Origin: Longimicrobiales bacterium | Lineage (GTDB): Bacteria > Gemmatimonadota > Gemmatimonadetes > Longimicrobiales > Gaopeijiaceae | Assembly: GCA_965238005.1 (NCBI GenBank) | Contig: OZ250165.1 | Location: forward strand, 2,784,001-2,848,000 | DNA: 64,000 bases | Direction of reading: 5' to 3' | In this document: positions 31,298 to 41,363 of the stretch, piece after piece | How the letters are laid out: the number at the start of each line of letters is the position of its first letter | Numbering within the stretch: position 1 is the stretch's first letter | Translations under genes and position numbers: made by a program | The notes under the pieces: model-generated | What the model was told of the DNA's origin: nothing | The model's database searches: none | Seen by the model: only the letters and a program-made list of their open reading frames with translations

Positions 31298-32022
31298 TCC
31301 TTGCGGAGCTCGCTGGCCAACCCAGCAAGCTCACCCTTCGAAAATCTATTCGAAAGGCCCGCGACTGAGGAGACGCAGGTAATCCGAGTCAGGTTTCGAT
31401 CGAAGGCGTCGGCAACGAACTCTCCCAGCCTCGCGAGCCCAAGATAGTTTCCGTAGCCACGATCGAAGATGTCCTGTTTCGCATAGAAGCCAGTCACCGC
31501 AAAACCGTTATGAGCCTCTGGCACGAAGCAAACCTGGTGCATGCACGGGAATCCGAGAAAGGGAGTCGGGAGGTGGTCTGTAGAGGGATCGAAGAAGGAA
31601 GCTACGAAGGCACTTCGGCGTTTCACGTTCCGGTTCCAGGTCGCGATGATTCTCTCAAGTTGGTTGATCTCCTTAACTCCGAACGAGATGAGGCGCAGAA
31701 AGTATGTGCCACGACGATTTGCAGGAATCTTGCAGATTCTCTTCTCGTAGACTTTACGATACCTCTCATAGAGAGCGGCACGCGACGTGCCGCGTCGCCA
31801 CATGCTGCTAGGGAAGATCGTCGAAGCCGTCGTCCCCACCCTCCAGACGCCCGGCTGAGCACAGAGGAGCGCGTCAACAGCACTGCGGACGTGGAGATCC
31901 TCAGGAGGGAGACCAGAGAAGCCAGAAACGGTAATCACCAGAGGACTGATCTCGCGATGATCGTAAGTTGCCAAGAACGCATGGGTCCACGCCCCGCTCA
32001 AAGTGTCGGATTCGATCAACAT
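31294..32022 (-). CDS. Divergent thymidylate-synthase-family protein
   Basis: GTYFLRL, INQLE, catalytic FPCMHQ, GYGNYLGL. Confidence 0.7.
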   Translation of the reverse strand: MLIESDTLSGAWTHAFLATYDHREISPLVITVSGFSGLPPEDLHVRSAVDALLCAQPGVWRVGTTASTIFPSSMWRRGTSRAALYERYRKVYEKRICKIPANRRGTYFLRLISFGVKEINQLERIIATWNRNVKRRSAFVASFFDPSTDHLPTPFLGFPCMHQVCFVPEAHNGFAVTGFYAKQDIFDRGYGNYLGLARLGEFVADAFDRNLTRITCVSSVAGLSNRFSKGELAGLASELRKE

Positions 32023-32041
32023 CGCAGGCCGCCGTGAAGTC

Positions 32042-32893
32042 TTAGTCGGGAAGAAAACGAAAGCGCGCGCGTCCCTGATACTTGGCACGAGCTACCCGAA
32101 CGAAGGCAGCCTTCCCGGACTGGAAAAGCACCCTCCCCCTACCGGGAGTAGTCGCCTCGCTCAGCAGAAATCTGCTTGTGCTTAGCCGGCACTCCAAGAC
32201 ATCACCCTCAATGGATGTACACGGGGGCAAAGCAACGACTGATCCGGTCTGAAGATCGATGGCTCGATCCGACCAATCCGAACTTACTATGGTGACGGCG
32301 CCCTTGATATCGGATTTCAAGAGATCCGTGCAGAGGTCGATAGGACGTAGCTTCTTCAGGACGTCATACCGCGCGCGCGGGAGAAATCCCAGAGAAAGTG
32401 CCATTTGGTTCACGAGAGTCGAGTAGCCGACGCCAAGCCACTGGGCTACTTGGAGGATCTCAACAGGAGACGCTACGCCGGGCTCCCAGCCGCGCTCCCT
32501 GAACCCTCTAGACACTGCCGTCATCGGCATCATGAGGAAAGCGGCAAACATATTGGCAAGCCACTCTGCTTCAGTTGCCTGGTCAGTGGGGTCCTCAGCG
32601 ATAAACGCATCCAATCTCGAACCGTGACCGAAGACGTGGTGTCCTAGCTCGTGCGCGCAGGAAAAGGCTTGACGTCCTGGCGGCCTGTCGGATGGTAGCA
32701 GGATCGTCGGGGTCTCTCCCGAATAATACATACCCTCCAACGATCCCAGGGGAACGAACAAGACTTCGAGGCCCGCTGCTTCGGCTAGGTCAATCACATC
32801 CAACGCTTCCCAAGGCTGCTTACCGTGCTTCTGGCGAGTTTCCAGGGCTGCACGAGCAGCCTCTAAACTAAGAGTGCGCTTTAACTTAGACAC
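32042..32893 (-). CDS. ImmA/IrrE-family metallopeptidase
   Basis: FSCAHELGHH...EWLANMFAAFLMMP. Confidence 0.88.
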   Translation of the reverse strand: MSKLKRTLSLEAARAALETRQKHGKQPWEALDVIDLAEAAGLEVLFVPLGSLEGMYYSGETPTILLPSDRPPGRQAFSCAHELGHHVFGHGSRLDAFIAEDPTDQATEAEWLANMFAAFLMMPMTAVSRGFRERGWEPGVASPVEILQVAQWLGVGYSTLVNQMALSLGFLPRARYDVLKKLRPIDLCTDLLKSDIKGAVTIVSSDWSDRAIDLQTGSVVALPPCTSIEGDVLECRLSTSRFLLSEATTPGRGRVLFQSGKAAFVRVARAKYQGRARFRFLPD

Positions 32894-33230
32894 CGGCTTG
32901 ACGAGCCCCCTGGATCGCCTTGATGATTTGGATCAAGGCATCTAGATCTTCCCGGCTCATCTTCTGGAGTTCGCGCGCAGCCACAACTGCCTCAAGCCGA
33001 AGGTCGTCGTCGTCTTCGGCCGTCAGCCAGCCCGTCGAGACACCATAGAGATCCGCAAAGCAGGCCAGCTCATCTGCACGCACTCTTCGGCGGCCAGCCT
33101 CTATTTCCGAGATTGTCGGGCGATGAAGCTTCATCAATCTCGCCGCCTGAGCCTGAGATAGCCCGGCCAGCTTGCGGGCCTTCTGGAGCCTTTCGGCAAG
33201 ACCTGCCACTCTGCTAACCTCATCAGACAT
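32886..33230 (-). CDS. XRE-family HTH regulator
   Basis: RLQKARKLAGLSQAQAA...TISEIEAGRR. Confidence 0.88.
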   Translation of the reverse strand: MSDEVSRVAGLAERLQKARKLAGLSQAQAARLMKLHRPTISEIEAGRRRVRADELACFADLYGVSTGWLTAEDDDDLRLEAVVAARELQKMSREDLDALIQIIKAIQGARQAGV

Positions 33231-33510
33231 TCTCAGCTCCCCCAAATCCAGGTGTCTGAGCAATCCGTTCGGCCACCTCCGCCACGGTCAGGACGGTCCC
33301 TGGCTCGTCCTCAGGGATGAGGACTCCCTTCACTTCAAACTTCAACTTTTCTGAGACCAAGACCTCTAGCTCGAGGCACTTGAGGCTATCGAACTCGTCC
33401 AGGTCAAGGGGCTTCGAATGCTCGGTGAGCTCTGGAGCGGGCAGACCCGAGCTAATCTGTATCTCACACAGAGTTTCGATCAGGACCCTCACAACTCCAC
33501 TATGCTCCAT
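33223..33510 (-). CDS. Acyl-carrier-protein-like protein
   Basis: 95 aa, acidic; FDSL phosphopantetheine-site motif; C-terminal TVAEVAERI. Confidence 0.6.
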   Translation of the reverse strand: MEHSGVVRVLIETLCEIQISSGLPAPELTEHSKPLDLDEFDSLKCLELEVLVSEKLKFEVKGVLIPEDEPGTVLTVAEVAERIAQTPGFGGAENV

Positions 33511-34272
33511 GCGATCTCTCTCCTTCCAAGACGATGGGTAAGATTATCTTACCATGACATAAGATACAGCATCCGGCCAGATGCGAAACAGGGATCTTTC
33601 TGCCGGCACGTCGGCCCCGGTCTGAAACCAGTCGCACGTTTGCCGGGCGAGCAAAAAGCAGAAGTGCAGGAAGAGGGACGCGACGAGGAAGGCAAGCTCT
33701 GGAGATGCCTCCAGTTCAGGATGGACCGGCGCCCTTGGTGGGCTACCGACACTTGTCTCAAGGATTCCGGTGCATAATCAGTCAACGCTGAGACCATGGC
33801 GGACGGGAGCGACCCCAGGCCAAACCAATACCACGCCCCAGATGGGTGCCTCTTCTGCCGCAGATCGCCCGTCCTCTACCGCCTTGAGAGCGATCCGATA
33901 CGGGGTGGCCCTACCTTCCGGGGTTGGGACAAGAGAAGCGCGAGAATACCGGCTATCACTAGCGCAGCTTGCATCATCTCCGGGACCTCCCAAACGGAGA
34001 CACGAACCCCCCGCGGGGGGTTCGGAGCGTTTCCCTCCGGGCGCTATCTACCCGCAGGGGAAGCGACATACGGCCCCCTGGCCAGGATCGGTAGGATTTC
34101 AAATCGCCGGACCATCATCGGGCCGTAGCCATCATCGCCGTCCAGGTCGGGCCGGTCGATCAGCCCAACCGTCAAAGCCAGGCAAACAGCCTCGGGATCT
34201 CGAGCCAGCGCCCGCTCACCACCGCGCCCCACACTCCGGCCGTCAGCTCTTCGCGGTCCAGCTGGTCAATTC

Positions 34273-34358
34273 TCATTCCCCGGTCACGTAGGCCGCCCAG
34301 TCACCCATGAGCCGGCGGCGGCGCTCGAACAGGTCCGTACGCCGATAGGCCGCCTCGG
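34273..34358 (-). pseudogene. P4-integrase 3' remnant
   Basis: EAAYRRTDLFERRRRLMGDWAAYVTGE*. Confidence 0.75.
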
Positions 34359-34840
34359 CAGAGTACCGGTGGCGTGATTCACGGCAAGATATCGTCTAAA
34401 GTCAACCAGGACTGCACGATCTGCGTTTCTTGCCGTTCGACCATACCTGAGTCCACCGCACTAGAATGGCGGGGAAATCGCATCAAATCGCGGGAACCCC
34501 GGTCGGCTCGAACTGCTAACGGTACCTGCCGGAATAGACGGTCGCCGGCGACCGGATAGGCCGCCAAGGCAAGAACGGTTGGCGATCTCTTCGCTCGGTA
34601 GCTCCGGCCGTTCCACAAATGAGCGATTCCCAAACGCCCCACCGCAAAAAGCACGTGGAGTACCGCCGCCAAGCGGGAAGGCGAGATGCCAACGGTCTCC
34701 AGTTGGGGTCCAGCCGCGCCTCGGTCAAGTGGAAGTTGGGCAGCGACGACCAACGCCATGGCCACACGGACCTGAAGGCGTGTCCTGAGCTCTACCTATT
34801 CTCCTTCGGCTACGACCCAGACAAGAGATAGCACCTGCGA

Positions 34841-36124
34841 TTGACGCGGAATCGCCAGTGTGCTCTCAAAGAGTTCAACGGGCTGGCGTTGCTCGATCTC
34901 AAGGCACGCGTAGAACGACCTCCGCAACGCAAGCCGCGCGGCCGGCATCCCAACAACGCGCTCACGCCGGTCTTCGTCCGCAACGTGAGCCGGGCCGGGC
35001 GCTATTGTGACGGCCAGGGCCTCTATCTCGATGTCCGGCCCACGGGGAGCCGGGGCTGGATCCAGCGCCTCACGATCCGGGGCCGCCGAACCGAACTCGG
35101 GCTCGGCGGATTCCCTCTGGTCTCGCTGAAGGAGGCGCGCGCGAAGGCGTTCGCGAACCGGAAGCTGGCCCGCGACGGTGGCGACCTCCTAGCCGAGAAG
35201 CGGCGGGCCGAGTCGATGCCCACCTTCGCGGAGGCGACACGGCAGGTCTGGACGCAGTTGCGGCCGGGCTGGCGCTCCGCGCAGCATGCGCAGCTATGGA
35301 TGAGCAGCCTGAAGCGCTTCGCCTTCCCCCGCATCGGCGGGATGCCGATTTCGGAGGTGACGAGCGCCGACGTGATCGGGATTCTGGCCCCGATCTGGCA
35401 CGACAAGGCAACCACCGCCCGGAAGCTGCGCCAGCGCATCCGCGCGGTCATGGAGTGGGCGGTGGCGATGGACCTTCGGCCCGACAACCCGTGCGATCGG
35501 ATCGCCCCGGTGCTCGGAGCCCACCGGAATGTTGTGCGTCACATGCGGGCGTTGCCTCACGGCGAGGTGGCGTCCGCGATCGAGAAGGTGCGGGGGTCCA
35601 ACTCGGGGCCGGTCGTGAAGCTGGCCTTCGAGCTGCTGGTGCTGACGGCGACGCGCTCCGGCGAGGTCCGTGGGGCGGTGTGGACGGAGATCGACCGGGA
35701 CGAGGGCGTGTGGACCATCCCGGCCGAGCGCACGAAGGGGAGCCGCGAGCACCGCCTCCCGCTCAGCGGTCGAGCGCTGGAGATTCTCGAGGAGGCGCGC
35801 GCGCTCGGTCGCGGCAGCCCGCTCGTGTTTCCGAGCGTGCGCGGCAAGCCGCTCGGGAATACGTCGTTGTGGGACCTGCTCAGGGGGCTGAAGATCGCGG
35901 CTGTGCCGCACGGCTTCCGGTCGTCGTTCCGGGACTGGGCGGCCGAGGAAACCGATCATCCACCCGAGGTGGCGGAGGCGGCGCTGGCGCACAAGGTCCG
36001 CAACCGGGTCGAGGCCGCGTACCGTCGCACGGATCTGTTCGAGCGGCGGCGTCGGCTGATGAACGATTGGGCCGCGTATCTGGCCGGCGAGCGTCGAGAC
36101 CCGGAGGCCGGTCCCAGCCGCTGA
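34841..36124 (+). CDS. P4-type tyrosine integrase, copy 3 (native start apparently lost; homology begins ~34915)
   Basis: Close to copy 4 from RPPQRKPRG onward; catalytic motifs present. Confidence 0.85.
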   Translation: MTRNRQCALKEFNGLALLDLKARVERPPQRKPRGRHPNNALTPVFVRNVSRAGRYCDGQGLYLDVRPTGSRGWIQRLTIRGRRTELGLGGFPLVSLKEARAKAFANRKLARDGGDLLAEKRRAESMPTFAEATRQVWTQLRPGWRSAQHAQLWMSSLKRFAFPRIGGMPISEVTSADVIGILAPIWHDKATTARKLRQRIRAVMEWAVAMDLRPDNPCDRIAPVLGAHRNVVRHMRALPHGEVASAIEKVRGSNSGPVVKLAFELLVLTATRSGEVRGAVWTEIDRDEGVWTIPAERTKGSREHRLPLSGRALEILEEARALGRGSPLVFPSVRGKPLGNTSLWDLLRGLKIAAVPHGFRSSFRDWAAEETDHPPEVAEAALAHKVRNRVEAAYRRTDLFERRRRLMNDWAAYLAGERRDPEAGPSR

Positions 36125-36163
36125 GGCGCGAGCCGTTGAGGCCCGATCCGAGGCCGATCCACG

Positions 36164-36300
36164 GCTGGCTCTTGACCCTTAAGGGTCAAGAGCCAGCATA
36201 CCCTTTGTACCCACAAAGGGGCTGGCGAGGGGGGCGCTCCGCTCCCCCTTCGATCCCCCCGAGGCCCGCGCTCCGGCGGAGCTCGCGGGTAGGGGGCGAG
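36164..36300. promoter_or_regulatory. oriT module with perfect 34-bp palindrome
   Basis: GCTGGCTCTTGACCCTT|AAGGGTCAAGAGCCAGC (36164-36197), then the conserved GC-rich block. Confidence 0.65.
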
Positions 36301-36524
36301 CCCCCCTTCCCCCCTGCCGGTGCGCTGCCCGCATCAGCGCTCGGTGGCCTTCCCGCCAAGGGATCCATGGAACGGGAGTATCCATGTCAAGAGGGTACCG
36401 TCAGGAGCGGGGCCGGGGAGACAGGGCGGGACGGTACCGGTGAACGCGGGATGCGGTCGCTGAGTCAGGCGAGAGCTCGCGGATGGAGCTGTTCGACCTG
36501 GCTCGCCGGTTGGGTGCATGGCGC

Positions 36525-37478
36525 TCATGCGTGGTGTCCAGGCGCGTACGCCGTCCAGATGCGATCCTGCTGCACGAGGGCGTTGGCGAGGACGAGGAGC
36601 TTCCGCATCACCGCCGTAAGGGCAACCTTCGGCGGTTTCCCCTTGGCCACGAGAGCCGCGTACTTCCGCTTGAAGTCGGGATTGTACCGGATCGCGACTA
36701 ACGCGGGCATGTAGAGCAATCGGCGCACCGGGTGCCTGCCACCCTGGATGAAGCTGCGTCCCTTCCAGGAGCCGGACTCCCGGGTCACTGGGGCGAGTCC
36801 GGCGAGGCTGGCGGCACGGGACCCGGTGAGAGTGCCCAGTTCAGGCATATGGACGATCAGTCCTGCGGCGGTGATGTCCGAGATGCCGGGGATGGAGGTC
36901 AGGATCTCGGACTGGCGCTCCAGAGCCTCCTCTGCCCGGAGCCGATTGCGGATCTCGGCGTCGATGCGCTTCAACTGGCGCTCGATCTGCTTCAGCCGTT
37001 GCTTGTTGAGCTGCTTGGCCACGGAGGTGCGCAAGTGCTTGCCGCGGTTGGTGATGGCGACCCGATCCCCGACCAGCGCATCGCGGACCAGCTGGAGTTC
37101 GGCAAGGTCGCGCTGCCCTTCGGACTTCGCTTGAGTCGGGCGGAGATCCTCGATGGCCGCCGCCATGGCGGCCAGCATCCGGGCGTCCACGGCATCGGTC
37201 TTGGCGCGCCGGCCGAGCGAGCGGGCGAAGGAGCGGACCTGGTAGGGGTTGATCGCGTAGAGGGGGAGCTTGGCCTTCAGGAGGGCATCCTCGAAGTCGC
37301 GGTGGAAGGGTCCGGTGGGTTCGTAGGCGATCCGGTCGACCTCGGAGCCGATCCAGGCGATCAGCTTCCGGAAGCCCGTCGGGTCATTCGAGAACCGGGA
37401 TGCTCTCCCCTCGGATACGGCGAAGACGTCGAGCCAGTCCTTGGAGATGTCGATCCCGATGGTGCGAAGGATGCTCAT
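36525..37478 (-). CDS. IS110 DEDD recombinase
   Basis: IGIDISK, YEPTG, AKTDAVDA, SIPGI, RESG (catalytic Ser). Confidence 0.93.
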   Translation of the reverse strand: MSILRTIGIDISKDWLDVFAVSEGRASRFSNDPTGFRKLIAWIGSEVDRIAYEPTGPFHRDFEDALLKAKLPLYAINPYQVRSFARSLGRRAKTDAVDARMLAAMAAAIEDLRPTQAKSEGQRDLAELQLVRDALVGDRVAITNRGKHLRTSVAKQLNKQRLKQIERQLKRIDAEIRNRLRAEEALERQSEILTSIPGISDITAAGLIVHMPELGTLTGSRAASLAGLAPVTRESGSWKGRSFIQGGRHPVRRLLYMPALVAIRYNPDFKRKYAALVAKGKPPKVALTAVMRKLLVLANALVQQDRIWTAYAPGHHA

Positions 37479-37484
37479 CTTCCC

Positions 37485-37705
37485 TTCTCCTGTGCTTGTC
37501 ATGCGAGCCTCGATGCTCATGTATCCATTCAGGACGTAGGGAAGGACGGTGGCGACCATACTCCCGTGCGGCCCCTCACGGCCCAGCGACCCGCGGTCCG
37601 ACCACCGTCCCTGTTCGGCGCCCGCTCCGGCTCGCTACGCTCGCCTCCTCGGGTGCCGAACAGCCCGGGCCTTCCCCGTGACCCGGACCTGCAGATCAAA
37701 CAGAC
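37485..37705 (-). ncRNA. Predicted bridge RNA
   Basis: Guides GGGTCGCT and ACGGGAG match the target; ATGGATAC and GACAAG match the donor junction; boundaries approximate. Confidence 0.75.
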
Positions 37706-38024
37706 ATACCTAAGAATGCAATAGACAAGCGACCCCAGGGGGCGGAGGCGGGCGCGTGAAAACGCGCACGGCTCCGCGCCCGTACCGGATCGTCAGATCG
37801 GGGGGTCGCTCCCGTCCCGGTCGGCGCGCCCTGATGCGCCCCCGCCGACCGGGCAAAACCTGGCGTAAACGCAACAACCGCAAAGAGATCGCGAGCTACG
37901 CCCCTGTGAATCGCGACCGGGGTAATCTGTGTATCGACCCCCGACGTGTCTTGCACATCGCAGTCCTGGCGTGGCGCGTCGGCTTCTCATCGGAATCGGG
38001 CCCGCCTATGCGAAGGAGGAGACG

Positions 38025-38510
38025 TTACGCCGGGCACGCCACCTGCCGAAGCATATCGGTGGTGTCCTCCAGGTCGAAGGTGGCCGTGACGGCCCCCCTG
38101 TTTGTCGTGACCTCAAGCTCTAGGGATTGGAAGCGGGCGAGCAGCCCGAGGAACCTGAGCCTCTCGGCCTCCAGGTGGAACGTGAGCCACGAGAGACCGT
38201 TGTTCCACCGGACGCGCTCCTGCGCTCCGTCGTCGAAGCGGTAGAGGACGGCGCCGCTGGTGAACTGCTCGCCGTCGTTGCCCTCGATGTAGAGATCCAG
38301 GCTGTCCATATAGCTTCCCGACAACGCGCGGAAGCACGCGTACTCCCAGACCAGGCGGTGCTCGGTGTCGTAGAGGCTCGCGGCCATAGCGGCCGGGCGC
38401 GAGCGGAGGGGATCGGTCTCTGCCGACTCCTCCATCTCCCACTGAGCCGAGACGGGAGTGACGTAGAGTAGAGCGAGCACGGCCCCGAGGGTCGCCTTGT
38501 TGACCAGCAT
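38025..38510 (-). CDS. Hypothetical secreted protein
   Basis: Signal peptide MLVNKATLGAVLALLYVTPVSAQW. Confidence 0.55.
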   Translation of the reverse strand: MLVNKATLGAVLALLYVTPVSAQWEMEESAETDPLRSRPAAMAASLYDTEHRLVWEYACFRALSGSYMDSLDLYIEGNDGEQFTSGAVLYRFDDGAQERVRWNNGLSWLTFHLEAERLRFLGLLARFQSLELEVTTNRGAVTATFDLEDTTDMLRQVACPA

Positions 38511-38775
38511 CTTCCCGCCTCCTGGATGCCGTGGACGTCGCGCCCGGACATGGTGCCGGGATGTACGCCCTGATCTCGACATTCGCTCCTCTCCCCCTTA
38601 TCAATAGGGCATTACATAGGAAACTAGACATTTCTGGGCTTGTGCTTCCGCTTCGTCGGGTCTGGCGGTTTCGCGTTAGCGAAGATCTGCCGTGCTATTT
38701 CCTCAGGAGTGGCGTCGAGTTTCACACCGAATGTGGACGGCCTCTTGGGCGCTCGGGCCTGGGCTCTTTCATGGT

Positions 38776-39072
38776 TTAATCGTCGCCACAGGTAACGGTG
38801 ATCTCCATGGGCGTGAAGATGCCGACGGTGAGGAATGATACAATCTGGTTCAGAAACGAGAGTTGGGTTTCGACACTTGCCACTCCCGCGTCATCACACT
38901 CGTCCATGGCGTTTATAGGATTCGGCGGTACTAGGCCATAAATGAAACCCTTTGCCCAAGGCTGTTGTACCTGTCTCGCTCCCGGCTCAATGCCGGTGTT
39001 GACCGTGGCGTGGTAACAGCCACTCAGGCCGATCACTGCTAGTCCGACTGCAAACATCCTTACTCTACACAT
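38776..39072 (-). CDS. Bor/Iss-family lipoprotein
   Basis: Lipobox LSGC; FIYGLVP...C...VETQLSFLN..LTVGIFTP..VTC. Confidence 0.75.
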   Translation of the reverse strand: MCRVRMFAVGLAVIGLSGCYHATVNTGIEPGARQVQQPWAKGFIYGLVPPNPINAMDECDDAGVASVETQLSFLNQIVSFLTVGIFTPMEITVTCGDD

Positions 39073-39376
39073 CAGTCTCCCTCTCTCCTTCCCGTAGTAG
39101 CTGTGCGGCCCGAAGGTGCCGGGCCTTTTGCGAACCTCGGATATGTGGATAGCCCGCCTATTCGCGCCGAGGAGCTGTTCGCAGGGGGAGGGCATCCTAG
39201 GTCCGTTGCATGGTCAGGCGCAAGGAGATAGCTTTACCCATCCAAAAAACCAGGGCCAGATCATCCATCTCCGGCCTCGTCCCAACTGAGCTAGCACGAG
39301 CGCAGGCTTATTCGCCTAGTCTTGAGGGCATGGACTAGCAACAGGTCAGCTGCTTCTCGGCGGTGCTGATCTGGTC

Positions 39377-40084
39377 CTACTCGTTCGTACGAAATCCCAC
39401 AGATACGCCGAGTCCCACTGTCCAGAAATTCGTCTCGCTCTGTTGGGGATCCAGGACGACGTTTCCGTCGGGCTGGTCCTGGATATCTCCCTTGCGAAGG
39501 TAGCGTGCCTCGCCGTTCCCGTGGTATCGAGTGAACAGGTCGAACGAGACGGACGCCCTCTCGCCCGTCCAGACCCTGAGCTGTGCACCCGGCCCCACCG
39601 TCCACGCGAATGTGACATCGTCGAAGTTGGTCGATGACGCAAAGGGATCCCCGAAGTCGTTTTCTCCCTCAACAGATGAGGTCGTAGCAAAGTAGGCGAG
39701 CCCGATCGATGCGTTGGCGTACAGCCGCACCGCGCCGGAGCCGACCCCAACCTCCGGTCCGATGCCGAGAAGCAAGATGTTGTTCTCGGTGGTCAGATCT
39801 CCGGTAACCCGGCAAGGCTGGGTGATACAGATACGGATCGTTTCATTCCCATAGTTGATGAACCCGAGATCGAGCCGGAGGCTGAGGGTCTCGTTGTCAT
39901 CCAAGGGGAGACGCCCGTGCGCACCCAGGCCAAAGCCGAAGTCGACGTTCTCGTCGAACTCCCCCACCGGTCCTGCGAAGAGAAGATGGCCACCGACGGA
40001 TAAAGGGAACGTGTCGGGACCCTGCGCCTCCAGGGACGGCGGCCCGAAGGCAGCGACGAGTATGAGCAGCAGATACGGGCGCAT
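39377..40084 (-). CDS. Outer-membrane beta-barrel protein
   Basis: Signal peptide; alternating beta-strands; C-terminal VGLGVSVGF. Confidence 0.65.
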   Translation of the reverse strand: MRPYLLLILVAAFGPPSLEAQGPDTFPLSVGGHLLFAGPVGEFDENVDFGFGLGAHGRLPLDDNETLSLRLDLGFINYGNETIRICITQPCRVTGDLTTENNILLLGIGPEVGVGSGAVRLYANASIGLAYFATTSSVEGENDFGDPFASSTNFDDVTFAWTVGPGAQLRVWTGERASVSFDLFTRYHGNGEARYLRKGDIQDQPDGNVVLDPQQSETNFWTVGLGVSVGFRTNE

Positions 40085-41177
40085 GGCAGACCGGAGAGTA
40101 AGAGGGGAACACAGAAGACAGGGATTGGAAAGATATTCTCATATGGTGTGAAGCTGCACGCTTAGATTTACCGCGTCGAGAGGAGAGGGCCCCGCAGAGG
40201 GCTTGTTCCCCTCGGTACGCCCCCCGTTCAGTCACGCGGTAATGGCGCTATGGACCACCTTGGCTGAGCGGAATCGCGGACCTGCGCACGCGGACGTTGT
40301 CAAGTCCCCTCGCGCGCAGGTAGTGCGTAAGGTCCCGCTCCTTGGGAGCGGCACCCGGACCGGGGCCGATGACAATGCAGGAAATCGAAAGCTGTTCTCC
40401 GATTCCTCAGGGCCCAGCGTGATGCCCAGGAGCCGGCGGTGGCCGTCCGGGCCCACGGCGTGCTCACGTTCTCGACCTTTCGGGCCCAGCGGGCATCGAG
40501 GAACGTCGCGTGTACAGGTAGGGGTGGGCCCCCTCGATGGGTGCACTCCGCAGCGTTTGCACGCCCTCGTACGCTGCGGAGACGCGATGTAGGGCACGAG
40601 GGCGCCGTTCCTCGCGAAACACGCTACTGGACTTCAAATCCTGACGCAGCTCGTCTTGCGTGGCGCGTGTCCTTCTGACCCGCGAAGTACACGCTCAGCC
40701 TAACCTCCGCCTCCTCGCCGAAGCCGGATCTTTGGTGCTCGCGAGGTACCCGAAGTACGTCCTGACGACGTTCCGCGGCTGCGGCGCGGCTGTCTTCGAG
40801 CGCCGATGCCAAGACGCCAAGGAGCAAGCATCGGCCCGGCAACCGCCCCGATTCCGCTGGCGACAACGTTCACCAGTTTCTCGAGCGCGGGCACCTTGAC
40901 CGTGACGTTTACGTCAACTAATTCGCCATTTCCTCTTCTACGAGGTTTCCCCGTGTTCGTGACCTTGCATCGGGACAGGGTATACTGATCGCCAGCTGAG
41001 CTCAAGGAGTTGCGAACTGCGCGACCACGATGCCAGGAGGAGCAAGGCGACCGCCGAGCCCTTGAAGAAACTCCCGCTACCCCGGAGGCGTGAAGACGGG
41101 GGAGCCGGACATCTTGACTACTACGGTGAGTGAGGAGAGACGGAATGGCGGAGCGTCATCTGTGCAGGACCTGTTGG

Positions 41178-41320
41178 GCCTGGCACATGTGGTCCAGAAA
41201 AGGGTCGAGGCGGCCTACAGGCGCACGGACCTGTTCGAGCGCCGGCGTCGGCTCATGGACGATTGGGCCGTGTACCTAGCCCGCGAGCGTCGAGAATCGG
41301 AGGCCGATCCGGTCCGCTGA
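41178..41320 (+). pseudogene. P4-integrase 3' remnant followed by palindrome 41324-41358
   Basis: LAHVVQKRVEAAYRRTDLFERRRRLMDDW. Confidence 0.8.
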
Positions 41321-41363
41321 GGCGCTGGCTCTTGACCCCTTAAGGGTCAAGAGCCAGCCTACC

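Larger units (their letters stand above)
36379..37729 (-). mobile_element. IS110-family element (IS621-like layout, CT core)
   Basis: Splits the GGGAG|CGACCCC motif with the AG/CT core at both junctions; upstream non-coding region with bridge guides. Confidence 0.88.

Noticed and set aside
40700..41005. Possible DUF2806-like N-terminal fragment (PALEKLVNVVASGIGAVAGP)
   Set aside because: Too short and frameshifted to support a call
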